Source: a virus
Length of the DNA: 64,000 nucleotides
Direction: 5' to 3' (one strand)
IMG/VR virus record: IMGVR_UViG_3300027782_000035
The notes beneath the pieces are model-generated. The model made no database searches. It was not told the DNA's origin and saw only the letters and a program-made list of their open reading frames with translations. The stretch's first letter is position 1, and the number at the start of each line of letters is the position of its first letter. Both the position numbers and the translations under genes were made by a program. Positions 27,385 to 35,673 of this stretch are shown one piece after another.

Positions 27385-27957
27385 CTATGTGTAATGCAGG
27401 TATGTTGATAGAATATATTTGTCATTGCTAATTGGCTTTCTTCCTTTATGAGGATACATCCACATAGGCGGGAATACCACCATTCTACCACACTTTGGTT
27501 TTACAAGACAATCTATTTCGAATTCTGTTTCTCCTCCTTTTTCAACATCATTCAGATAAGCAAACATTACCAGATATCTTGATGCTGATGGTCTATCACC
27601 TACATCTACATGCCAACCAAATTGATCATAGTCATTATTGAAATATCTTTTTAGTCTTGCGTCTTCAAATGCAAACTTAGGAGGAAAGAATTCTGTGCCA
27701 GTTACTTGTTTATAATGTTCGTAAACGTTTTTCATTCTTGCATAATAGTCTTCAATAAATTCTTTGAATGACTCTTCAGCAGTAATGTTAACTTCTACAA
27801 ATGATCTATAATCTTTTTCCCAGCTATATTTTGATTCTCGTCGAGAATTAAATTCATTTTGTTTTTCATTAAAGATGTCAATCATCTTCTTACATGTATC
27901 TGGTTCTAATACATCATCATACACTCTAACGTAATGACTTAGGCTTTGTGTGTTCAT
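27385..27957 (-). CDS. 2OG-Fe(II) oxygenase
   Basis: WHVD...YLNDV..GGET.F...PH.G...KY. Confidence 0.85.
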   Translation of the reverse strand: MNTQSLSHYVRVYDDVLEPDTCKKMIDIFNEKQNEFNSRRESKYSWEKDYRSFVEVNITAEESFKEFIEDYYARMKNVYEHYKQVTGTEFFPPKFAFEDARLKRYFNNDYDQFGWHVDVGDRPSASRYLVMFAYLNDVEKGGETEFEIDCLVKPKCGRMVVFPPMWMYPHKGRKPISNDKYILSTYLHYT

Positions 27958-30467
27958 GCGAAGAAATCCTCTAGTGTTGCTTCTTCTTCTGCCTTCCAAC
28001 CAATAGCATTCAGAATAATCTTAGCTGGGTCGAGGAATGATTTTTCAAACTGTGTGTCATTATCAATATAACGATGCAAGCCAAATTCAGCTGGAAGGAC
28101 TTGTGTGAATGCAATAACATCTTCGCGAATAGGATTCTTTGGATCAAGATATATGTACTTAATCTTCTCACCTTCTTTGATCATTTCATATGTATTTTCA
28201 AGACCGTGTTGCTTTAGCAAGTGATTATACAGCAGTGCTGCACGGGAATTCATTGGAGTTCCCTTCCTGTAGATTATTTTGGGATCCGAATATTGCTTGA
28301 GAGAGGATACACCGCGTGGGAAGGCTTTCTCTTCGACGGGTAAACTGTCAAAGGTATTCCTAAAGTCTCGTATAAACGATTGAGTTTCAAGCTCAGTACC
28401 ACTAATGAGAATCTTGAAGAGTTTCTCCATAGCTTCTCTACACGGCGCTGGAGTAGACGATTTGATCGCCTCGATCCCCATGATTTTAAGTTTCGGTTTA
28501 GAATATCTAACTCCTTCATTGTCCCATACATTAAGTATGTATCTTTTCTTAGCAGTCCAGATTCCACGATCTGCAATGCTTTCACGCTTCATTCCGATTC
28601 TGTGTTTGAATACATTGAGGTTTGTGCCGAGCTGGTGGAATGCGGTGTCGAAGACGTCCGTCTCGATCTTCTTACAGACCTTGTCGAGGAAGTCAACTTT
28701 CTTTGCTGTGGTTGCGTCGGGGACGACTGCATCAACCAAGTTTGAGAAGTTTGCATAAATTGAGTCAGTATCGATTGCGATAACATAGTCTTTATTACTT
28801 TTTAGTGCTTTATTGAGATACTCATTAATATATTTCTCACCCCACTTGATAATCAATTGACCAGTCAGGGTAATACCTTCTGCAATCTCCATCGTGAAGT
28901 AACGGAAGTACTTGTTGCCAAGTGCACCATAAAGCGAGTTAAGAAGAATCTTAATTGCTAGTTGTTGATTTTCGTAATGATTGATGTCACGTTCGATTCT
29001 ATAGATCTCAGCCTTGTTACTCTTATCAGCTAGTTCAAGTTCTTGTTTAGCGACAAGCATCTTCTTCTTGATTGCAGAACGTTCATCATACATTTCTTCA
29101 ATGATCTTTGGCATGAAGCCTTGCTTTTGCTTTGAGAAGAATTGACCAGTTGCAGCCATACACTTGTCACTGTTATTAGTCAAACCAACAAGACATTTAT
29201 CTACTGTAACACTAGGTTGAATATCACCTTTCAGGATTGTCTCAGGACTCATGTTCCATTGAACAATGATGTTAGGATATAGTGAGTTAACGTCAAAAGA
29301 ACATACCCAGTCGTGAATGCCACACTGAGGTTCCTTAACATATCCACCATCATACTCTCGCTTAAAACTATTATTGTTTGGAGGCACAATAATATTCTGC
29401 GCCATAAGAGTTCTGTGAATAAGAGAATCCCATATCGCAACAGTGCCCATCGTATCAGAATAGTTTACTCCAGCTTTATAAGCCATAGTTAGAGTAAGTG
29501 TAATCATAGCGATCTTATCTTCCATTCGGTCGACAAGGTCTACGTCTTTAATGTTATAGTCAATAAACTTTTGGTGATCCGTTTGATACAGAGTATGCAG
29601 TGTTCCATCGTAAGCAAGTTTGCGTTCACCGAGTACTACATATGCAATGTGATCAAGACGATATGATTCTTGCGGACCAAAAGAATAACCAAACTTCATG
29701 AATAGATCCATGTAGTCAAGTTGTGCAATGCCAATCAAATCATAAATCTGAACTTGGCCTTTACGCATTGTGACCATACGTTCTTCAACTAATCCCCAAG
29801 GTGAAAGCTTCTTCACATCATCTTCACCAAGCATACGATTAATTCGGTTTACAAGATATGGAATATCAAATGTACGAATGTTCCATCCAGTAATTGCATC
29901 AGGGCAAGTGAATTCATCATGCCAAAATGCAATGAGCTGCTTCAACAGATCTTGTTCATCCTTGCATTTAGTATATCGAACCTGAGAAGTTTTCATGATA
30001 GTCTTCTCAACATCGTAATCGCCTAGTGCCCACACAAAGTATGTGTCAAGGATACTATCCTTAATTGCAATAGAGATTACTGGATGTAGTGCTTCGTGTG
30101 GTTGAGGGAATCCTTGATCAGAAGCAACCTCAATATCGATTGTATGAACACGAATCTTGTTGCGTTCAAACTTAATTTCATTTGGAAATTCTTGTGCGAT
30201 GAATTGCGCAATATAGTTTGCATTACCATAGACATTAAAGTTCTCAACGTCTGAGTATCTTTCTACAAACTCCTTTGCTTCGCGCATAGAGTCGAACTCG
30301 ATAGAATCAACATTAACTCCATCGAGCGATGTGAACTTAGAGTTGCCTTTACCTTTCACATAGAGTGTAGGCTTAAAGGCAATCTTTTTCTTGATGCGAC
30401 GACCGTCTTGATATCCACGATATAAGAGGTTGTTGCCATAACGATTGACAGATGTATAGAATCGCAT
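27954..30467 (-). CDS. gp43: family B DNA polymerase
   Basis: DIE exonuclease, SFDVNSLYP, KILLNSLYG, DTDS, KKRY. Confidence 0.98.
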   Translation of the reverse strand: MRFYTSVNRYGNNLLYRGYQDGRRIKKKIAFKPTLYVKGKGNSKFTSLDGVNVDSIEFDSMREAKEFVERYSDVENFNVYGNANYIAQFIAQEFPNEIKFERNKIRVHTIDIEVASDQGFPQPHEALHPVISIAIKDSILDTYFVWALGDYDVEKTIMKTSQVRYTKCKDEQDLLKQLIAFWHDEFTCPDAITGWNIRTFDIPYLVNRINRMLGEDDVKKLSPWGLVEERMVTMRKGQVQIYDLIGIAQLDYMDLFMKFGYSFGPQESYRLDHIAYVVLGERKLAYDGTLHTLYQTDHQKFIDYNIKDVDLVDRMEDKIAMITLTLTMAYKAGVNYSDTMGTVAIWDSLIHRTLMAQNIIVPPNNNSFKREYDGGYVKEPQCGIHDWVCSFDVNSLYPNIIVQWNMSPETILKGDIQPSVTVDKCLVGLTNNSDKCMAATGQFFSKQKQGFMPKIIEEMYDERSAIKKKMLVAKQELELADKSNKAEIYRIERDINHYENQQLAIKILLNSLYGALGNKYFRYFTMEIAEGITLTGQLIIKWGEKYINEYLNKALKSNKDYVIAIDTDSIYANFSNLVDAVVPDATTAKKVDFLDKVCKKIETDVFDTAFHQLGTNLNVFKHRIGMKRESIADRGIWTAKKRYILNVWDNEGVRYSKPKLKIMGIEAIKSSTPAPCREAMEKLFKILISGTELETQSFIRDFRNTFDSLPVEEKAFPRGVSSLKQYSDPKIIYRKGTPMNSRAALLYNHLLKQHGLENTYEMIKEGEKIKYIYLDPKNPIREDVIAFTQVLPAEFGLHRYIDNDTQFEKSFLDPAKIILNAIGWKAEEEATLEDFFA

Positions 30468-30493
30468 AATAAAATTGAAAATGGGATATAGTA

Positions 30494-30522
30494 ATTATAT
30501 CCCATTTATGATTAAAAGTACA
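30494..30522 (-). promoter_or_regulatory. gp43 promoter TGTACT-N17-TATAAT overlapped by a 12-bp inverted repeat
   Basis: Family match; IR arms 30479-30490 and 30496-30507. Confidence 0.7.
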
Positions 30523-30527
30523 ATATT

Positions 30528-30638
30528 TTATATATTTTTATACTTTTCAGCCTTTGATTTCTTGATCAATTCTACAACTTCTTGTGTCATTTCAATCCAG
30601 AACAAGATAGCATTCTTAAAGAGATTCAGTAATTTCAT
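30528..30638 (-). CDS. 36 aa peptide (not in ORF track)
   Basis: MKLLNLFKNAILFWIEMTQ...; GAGGAG RBS; overlaps hsp20 end. Confidence 0.45.
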   Translation of the reverse strand: MKLLNLFKNAILFWIEMTQEVVELIKKSKAEKYKNI

Positions 30639-31122
30639 TTTTACGCTCCTCGGTTAGGAGTTGTTTTTTACCGCCCTCTTTAACAGCGATCTTCTTAGGC
30701 TTCTTGTATTCAGGAATAATACGCTCAAGGAATACCTTTAGCATACCATTAAACAACTCTGCATCTTTAATTTCAATCTGATCTTCAAGAGCGAAGGTAC
30801 GAGTGAAGTTGCGAGCTGCGATGCCTTTGAATAGATAATTAGTATCATCTTCTTCAGCATTCTTAACATTACCCTTAACAATAAGTTGACCACCTTGAAT
30901 TTCAATGTCAATGTCTTGCTGAGCAAAACCTGCTACAGCAATTTCAATAGTGTATTGATTATCACCGATCTTCTTAATATTATAAGGAGGATAGTTAGGA
31001 ATAGATTTAGTTATATCATCGTGAATCTTGGCTAGTCGATTGAACTGATCGTCAAATCCTACGTAGAATTTATCGAAGTCTTTAAAGACATCACGGCCAA
31101 ATACATCTTTAATGTATGTCAT
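30616..31122 (-). CDS. hsp20: small heat shock protein
   Basis: NYPPYNI, AVAGF, GIA.R.F.R.F.L, A.L.NGML (IbpA-like). Confidence 0.95.
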   Translation of the reverse strand: MTYIKDVFGRDVFKDFDKFYVGFDDQFNRLAKIHDDITKSIPNYPPYNIKKIGDNQYTIEIAVAGFAQQDIDIEIQGGQLIVKGNVKNAEEDDTNYLFKGIAARNFTRTFALEDQIEIKDAELFNGMLKVFLERIIPEYKKPKKIAVKEGGKKQLLTEERKNEITESL

Positions 31123-31132
31123 AGTTAACTCC

Positions 31133-31357
31133 TTATTTCTTAGCGTAAGCTTTTTTAGCGTCAAAAGTATATGCAGCAAGACCAAGAGTTGTAAAAAACT
31201 TAGATGCTTCTGCAGCTACAACTTTAGCGTAATCGCTTTGTGCTTGAATAAAGGTGTTGAAGGGTTTTGCCAGTTCTTCATTCGTGACGAATGTTTTGAC
31301 GAACTGAGTTTTGGCGTTTTGAAATGTATCAATAGCCGTGTTAATGTTTTGCAACAT
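31133..31357 (-). CDS. small amphipathic helical protein (weakly phasin-like)
   Basis: 74 aa, AGGAG RBS inside a hairpin. Confidence 0.55.
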   Translation of the reverse strand: MLQNINTAIDTFQNAKTQFVKTFVTNEELAKPFNTFIQAQSDYAKVVAAEASKFFTTLGLAAYTFDAKKAYAKK

Positions 31358-31512
31358 AGTTTGCTCCTATTAAGCGAGTAAAATAAAAATGACACCCCAA
31401 AGGCATGCCGGTTAAATCCTGCTTACTGGTTACAGGGGCAGCTTATCGTACTGCCAGCCTTAACGCTCCTAAGGTAGAAGAGTTCCTACGTTCCCATCCC
31501 GAGGGATAAAAC
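31358..31512 (-). ncRNA. structured 5' leader ending in a ROSE-like RBS hairpin
   Basis: Five hairpins plus CTCGCT-TAAT-AGGAG (bulged G opposite the SD). Confidence 0.6.
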
Positions 31513-31520
31513 TATTTATA
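31513..31520 (-). promoter_or_regulatory. late promoter TATAAATA
   Basis: Exact consensus immediately upstream of the structured leader. Confidence 0.7.
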
Positions 31521-31745
31521 TTAGTTTACGGCTTCTGCTTGAATTTTTTCTGCAGGTGCTACTACAGATGCTGCAGCAGCCTTAGCTTCTGCTTCGGCCT
31601 TCATCTTAGCTTCTAGAGCTGGAAGTTGAGGTTGAGCTTGTTCTTGGATTTTGGTAATAAGGCTTGCCACTATGTCAAATGGCTGCTTGCCTAAAGAACC
31701 AAGAATTGTGTTAGCTTCATCAAGTGTCAATTCAAATTTTAACAT
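31521..31745 (-). CDS. hypothetical protein
   Basis: GGAG RBS; L..IL..L...P...V..LI.KI..QA pattern. Confidence 0.6.
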   Translation of the reverse strand: MLKFELTLDEANTILGSLGKQPFDIVASLITKIQEQAQPQLPALEAKMKAEAEAKAAAASVVAPAEKIQAEAVN

Positions 31746-31756
31746 TTATTTCTCCA

Positions 31757-32179
31757 TTACTTAGTTTTTTTGTTGCCAATATTATATTTGGCGGTTAGTG
31801 TCCAATCGGTCTTTTCCTTAAAGGATACAACCTTGATTTGAGACAAAGAAACTCGCTGTTCCGCTTTAGTCGGTACAACGATTTTTAACAATCCCCAGTC
31901 TGATAAAAGACCGGTGATAGTATTCCTACGCTCTATATCTCCACTTGTAAGGTTTGCTTCTTTACCATCAAGCGCAAACAATTCTTTAAAGTGAACGATA
32001 AAATATCTACCTTGCTTATGCAAAATATGGCAAGATTGATACAGTGTTTTATCTTTACGGGAAGCCACTCCGATACGAGTGAGTGTTTCACGAACCTTTA
32101 GAAAGTTATCAGGTTCAGGCAAAATCACCTCAAGCATTGAATCAGGAGTCCAATCGTAATATATTAATTCTACAGTCAT
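31757..32179 (-). CDS. regA: translational repressor RegA
   Basis: FLKVRETLTRIG, LYQSCHILHKQG.Y.IVHFKE. Confidence 0.97.
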   Translation of the reverse strand: MTVELIYYDWTPDSMLEVILPEPDNFLKVRETLTRIGVASRKDKTLYQSCHILHKQGRYFIVHFKELFALDGKEANLTSGDIERRNTITGLLSDWGLLKIVVPTKAEQRVSLSQIKVVSFKEKTDWTLTAKYNIGNKKTK

Positions 32180-32228
32180 TTTCACTACCTCTTATATTTA
32201 TTGTCATAATATTTGAATTAGACTGTAA

Positions 32229-32236
32229 TATTTATA
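32229..32236 (-). promoter_or_regulatory. late promoter TATAAATA upstream of regA
   Basis: Exact consensus, intergenic. Confidence 0.6.
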
Positions 32237-32239
32237 CGC

Positions 32240-32626
32240 TTATCTACCTCCGGTTTTGTACTTTTCCTTAAGAGTTTTAACTTGTTCTTCAGTAAGTAAC
32301 TCTAAAGCTCTAGCAGCTTTTTCAGAGGAGTAACCATACTCTTTCATAACAATTTTAATTTCATCAGTAGCTTGATCTTTTTTATGCCACTTTGAAAAGC
32401 GTTTCTTTTTCGCTATACCAATTCTATAAAAATCAAATTGCCAGTTTTTATTGATAGAAGAATACGAGTTCATTTCGTTCGCAAACATAACAGTGTCTGC
32501 AAAGTAAGATAACCCGCGATTAACCATGAATGGAATGTAATCCTTTTCATTCTGAGGATCTTCCTTCATTAGGTCAACCTTAGTATCGTTTATAGCATTT
32601 AGAAAATCAAAGAATGATGTTGTCAT
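32240..32626 (-). CDS. gp62: clamp loader small subunit
   Basis: YIPFMVNRGLSYF.D...ANEMN, KRFSKW; synteny. Confidence 0.93.
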   Translation of the reverse strand: MTTSFFDFLNAINDTKVDLMKEDPQNEKDYIPFMVNRGLSYFADTVMFANEMNSYSSINKNWQFDFYRIGIAKKKRFSKWHKKDQATDEIKIVMKEYGYSSEKAARALELLTEEQVKTLKEKYKTGGR

Positions 32627-32931
32627 TTGCTTAATTTCAAAAGATCTTGTGGCGATGCTGCAAAGATTTTATCTGGAAACTTTTCCACTAGCATTTTTTC
32701 TATAACCTCATGATCTTTACCGTGAGCAAGATATTGAAGAGTATCTCTTTCGTAAATAAAAATCATATCATCTTTTATATCTACAATGATTTGTACTCGA
32801 CTAAAGTCTTTCTCTTCTTCTTCATATGAAACGTTTTTTCTTAGCCAAAGATATGCGCGCAACTCTCGGCAATTCCAGCCTAGCCAGAAGAAGAAACCAT
32901 ATGTTAAAAAATCTAGAAAAATTGGGTCCAT
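32623..32931 (-). CDS. hypothetical protein with N-terminal TM
   Basis: Coupled insertion between gp44 and gp62. Confidence 0.55.
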   Translation of the reverse strand: MDPIFLDFLTYGFFFWLGWNCRELRAYLWLRKNVSYEEEEKDFSRVQIIVDIKDDMIFIYERDTLQYLAHGKDHEVIEKMLVEKFPDKIFAASPQDLLKLSK

Positions 32932-33869
32932 TACTTAAACTTCAGTTGGGCCATACATTCAGTGAGTGCAGCCATCGTATTAATTTCACGATCTGCAACG
33001 AACGCCGCCTTATATTGATATTCAGCGAGTATCAAAACGAGTTGAGGAATAGAAGACTGCTCGAGATAATCAACAGCTTTATCATAGAGTTTGCGGAAAA
33101 GTTCAGTGGATTCAATATCACTATATCTTCCTACCCACTTACGCACTTCAGTGAAGTTCTTAGCTTTAAGATTCTTAACAAGTTCTATGTAAGATTCATC
33201 ACCTAGATTAACGAGAAGACCCGAATCAATAACACCACTCACAGAATATCGCTGCAGTTCATTTAAGATTCTACGATAGTCTGGAAAGTATTTAGTGATT
33301 AGTTCAGCTACAACCTTTGAGTCTGATTCAACACCTTCGGTTTGAAGGATAGTCTTAACACGCTTAAAGAAGTCGCCAGCGATCTTCGGCTTTTCAGAAT
33401 TATCGATCTTAAATTCAACAACTGCACAACGAGAGTGTAGAGGTTCAATGATGCGATTCTTAAAGTTACATGTAAAGATGAATCTACAATTACTACTGAA
33501 CTCTTCGATGAACCCACGCAGAGCTGGTTGAGTGCTATTAGCATTAAGATAATCAGCCTCGTCAAGAATAACAACTTTCTTTGAATCTGTTAGAGAAACA
33601 GATGATGCAAAGTTCTTAATCTTGCTACGAAGAATATCAATACCCGATTCTTCTGAGCCATTGATGAATAGATATTCAGCACCAATCTCATTACATAGCG
33701 CTTTTGCAACTGTAGTCTTACCTACACCTGCTCCGCCACAAAACAAGAAGTTAGGAAGTTCACCAGAGTTGATAAATTCCCTAAACGTCTTCTTCATCGA
33801 ATCGGGCAGAATACATTCATCGATAGTCTGAGGACGATACTTCTCGACCCACAAATATTGGTTACTCAT
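32931..33869 (-). CDS. gp44: clamp loader large subunit
   Basis: WVEKYRP, GVGKTT, LDEAD, SRC. Confidence 0.97.
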   Translation of the reverse strand: MSNQYLWVEKYRPQTIDECILPDSMKKTFREFINSGELPNFLFCGGAGVGKTTVAKALCNEIGAEYLFINGSEESGIDILRSKIKNFASSVSLTDSKKVVILDEADYLNANSTQPALRGFIEEFSSNCRFIFTCNFKNRIIEPLHSRCAVVEFKIDNSEKPKIAGDFFKRVKTILQTEGVESDSKVVAELITKYFPDYRRILNELQRYSVSGVIDSGLLVNLGDESYIELVKNLKAKNFTEVRKWVGRYSDIESTELFRKLYDKAVDYLEQSSIPQLVLILAEYQYKAAFVADREINTMAALTECMAQLKFK

Positions 33870-34529
33870 TTAGAACTCCGAGTCAGCCTCGATTGCAACG
33901 TAGTAAGTTAGATCAGATGCAGTATGCTTGAAGCGAGAGATCTTCTTCTTAGAGATTGCTACATCGTAATCATTAGGAAGCATCTTCAGATTTTCAACCT
34001 TGATGTTTGCTTTAAATTCTTCAGAAGTCTGGCCGATCGTAACTTCATAAGCATTAGATGTTGCGTTTTTCTTATCGGATACAAGAACTTTAAGCTCAGT
34101 TCCATCACCAACGATTGACACATCACTTGCTTTAAGTACAGATGAAGTACGTTGAATCATTGCAAGTTGGGATGCATCTAGTCGAAAGGTTACATCTTCA
34201 CTTGGAAACTTTACAGTGTTTGGTGCAGATTTTACAAGACCTTCACCAGCAGCAAAATATTTAATCTTGCTAGTTCCACCATCAGAGACCATCACTTGCT
34301 TCTCTGAGAAGTCAAGATTCGTAGTAGTGAATAGCGATATTACATTTAGAAATTCACCTAGATCATAGATAGGAAAATCCATAGGCAGAGTTTCAGCGAT
34401 AGTCGCCTCGGCCATTACGTTCTTGCCTTCAGAGATCGTAGCCAATTTGTTTCCTTGCTTTAGAATAATGCTGCCATTAATGCTAGCAAAATTCTTTATA
34501 AGCGCAAGTGTTTCTTTACTTAGTTCCAT
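33870..34529 (-). CDS. gp45: sliding clamp
   Basis: LSKETL..IKNFASIN, IYDL.EFL, YVAIE.DS. Confidence 0.95.
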   Translation of the reverse strand: MELSKETLALIKNFASINGSIILKQGNKLATISEGKNVMAEATIAETLPMDFPIYDLGEFLNVISLFTTTNLDFSEKQVMVSDGGTSKIKYFAAGEGLVKSAPNTVKFPSEDVTFRLDASQLAMIQRTSSVLKASDVSIVGDGTELKVLVSDKKNATSNAYEVTIGQTSEEFKANIKVENLKMLPNDYDVAISKKKISRFKHTASDLTYYVAIEADSEF

Positions 34530-34869
34530 TGATATTCTCCTTAGAATATTTAACATCGTGTTCATATAAGAAAGCAAGACAACACATAGCATGTGCTAGG
34601 TGATTGATACCACTTTCAGGATCTATCTGCTCTCCCATTTTCCACGCCCAGATATGTCTTTCTAGAGCATCGAAATATCGATTAAGCGAATCTGGTACTT
34701 TCTTCCAGTTGTCTGGCTCGTATTTCTCTGCACCAAAAGTGAGAACCTTCACCATTTCAGCCTGAGCTAGAGGAGGTATCAATCCATAACGAAGCTTGCC
34801 ACCATCGAACTTTCGTCCGCCGGTAGTAGCATTTTGTGATTTCTTTATATCGGTTTTAGTTGCTGCCAT
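34516..34869 (-). CDS. dATP/dGTP diphosphohydrolase-like protein (DUF5664-like from recall)
   Basis: G.KFD.GK.RY.LIP, FGAEKY..NW, DPESG..HLAHA. Confidence 0.8.
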   Translation of the reverse strand: MAATKTDIKKSQNATTGGRKFDGGKLRYGLIPPLAQAEMVKVLTFGAEKYEPDNWKKVPDSLNRYFDALERHIWAWKMGEQIDPESGINHLAHAMCCLAFLYEHDVKYSKENINGTK

Positions 34870-34880
34870 AGTTCATTAAT

Positions 34881-34916
34881 AAAAGAAGGCTCAGGTTATA
34901 ATCTGAGCCCTCTTCT
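34881..34916 (-). terminator. rho-independent terminator
   Basis: GGCTCAG/CTGAGCC stem followed by TTCTTTT. Confidence 0.65.
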
Positions 34917-34929
34917 AAGTACAAATCAA

Positions 34930-35175
34930 TTAAGCAAACAGACCAAGTGAGTGTGCTACTTGAATCATGGTCTTAGTAGGACGACCAACTGCGTACTTAG
35001 TAGTACGCTCGCCAGTGCTTAGAGTAGCTTGGTTTGCATAAACACAAACACCTTTGCTACGCAATGCATGAATAGCAGCAGTAGGGTTAGAGATACCAAA
35101 CATACCAGTGATCTGGCGTGGAGTAGCGGTGGAACCTGAATTCAGGTATTTTTCAAGACGTGCAAGTTTAGACAT
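34930..35175 (-). CDS. winged helix-turn-helix protein
   Basis: MSKL...YL.SG...T..QI...FGI.N..A.I..LR..G; GGAG RBS. Confidence 0.7.
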   Translation of the reverse strand: MSKLARLEKYLNSGSTATPRQITGMFGISNPTAAIHALRSKGVCVYANQATLSTGERTTKYAVGRPTKTMIQVAHSLGLFA

Positions 35176-35190
35176 AGTGTCTCCATAGTA

Positions 35191-35239
35191 TAACCATCTG
35201 ACGAAAAAAGGAGTGCAGCGATGGTTAAGCCGCACTCCT
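35191..35239 (-). promoter_or_regulatory. terminator-like hairpin with potential H-type pseudoknot
   Basis: 11-bp stem plus U tract; loop TAACCATC complementary to downstream GATGGTTA. Confidence 0.65.
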
Positions 35240-35256
35240 AGGAATGACTTAATTGC

Positions 35257-35610
35257 TTAAGCTGTTTCCATAATACCATAGTCTTTAAGGTTTGTAAAAA
35301 ATTCTTTTTCTTCTTCGTCAACTTTCACGCTAGAAGCAGAGACTTTAGATTTAGAAGCAGTCTTTCCCGAAGCAGTATCAAGTTTGGGAGCAGGGAATTG
35401 ATATACGCCACGAGAGATCTTGTCACCTTTGACAAGCCACATAGGGTAACCAATTTTAGATCCACCTTTTGCACGGTTTGCATGCAAATTGAAGAATAGT
35501 TCTTCAACTTCTGGACGAGTGATTGTAGCCTGAGACTCAAGCTTAGGATTAAGCTCGATGAAAGCATCAATACAACGCTTTTGAGTTTTGTTGAGATCGG
35601 AGTAGTTCAT
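35257..35610 (-). CDS. stand-alone paralogue of the CobS N-terminal domain
   Basis: YPMWLVKGDKISRGVYQFP versus YPMWIMENRVSRGLYAVP in the neighbouring ATPase. Confidence 0.65.
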   Translation of the reverse strand: MNYSDLNKTQKRCIDAFIELNPKLESQATITRPEVEELFFNLHANRAKGGSKIGYPMWLVKGDKISRGVYQFPAPKLDTASGKTASKSKVSASSVKVDEEEKEFFTNLKDYGIMETA

Positions 35611-35641
35611 AATATATTTCCTTATAAAGTTTTCAAATAAA

Positions 35642-35670
35642 ATTATATCACATTCGTGAATATTTGTACA
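35642..35670 (-). promoter_or_regulatory. early promoter TGTACA-AATATTC..-TATAAT
   Basis: Exact motif, 17-nt spacer. Confidence 0.78.
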
Positions 35671-35673
35671 GGG

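Noticed and set aside
27385-27957. 2OG-Fe(II) oxygenase as a TET/JBP base-modifying enzyme
   Set aside because: Motifs fit the common phage prolyl-hydroxylase-like type, it lies outside the modification operon, and gp42 already supplies hmC.
31411-31512. tRNA or known self-cleaving ribozyme
   Set aside because: No T-loop GTTC or cloverleaf, and no CUGAUGA/GAAA or other recognisable catalytic core.
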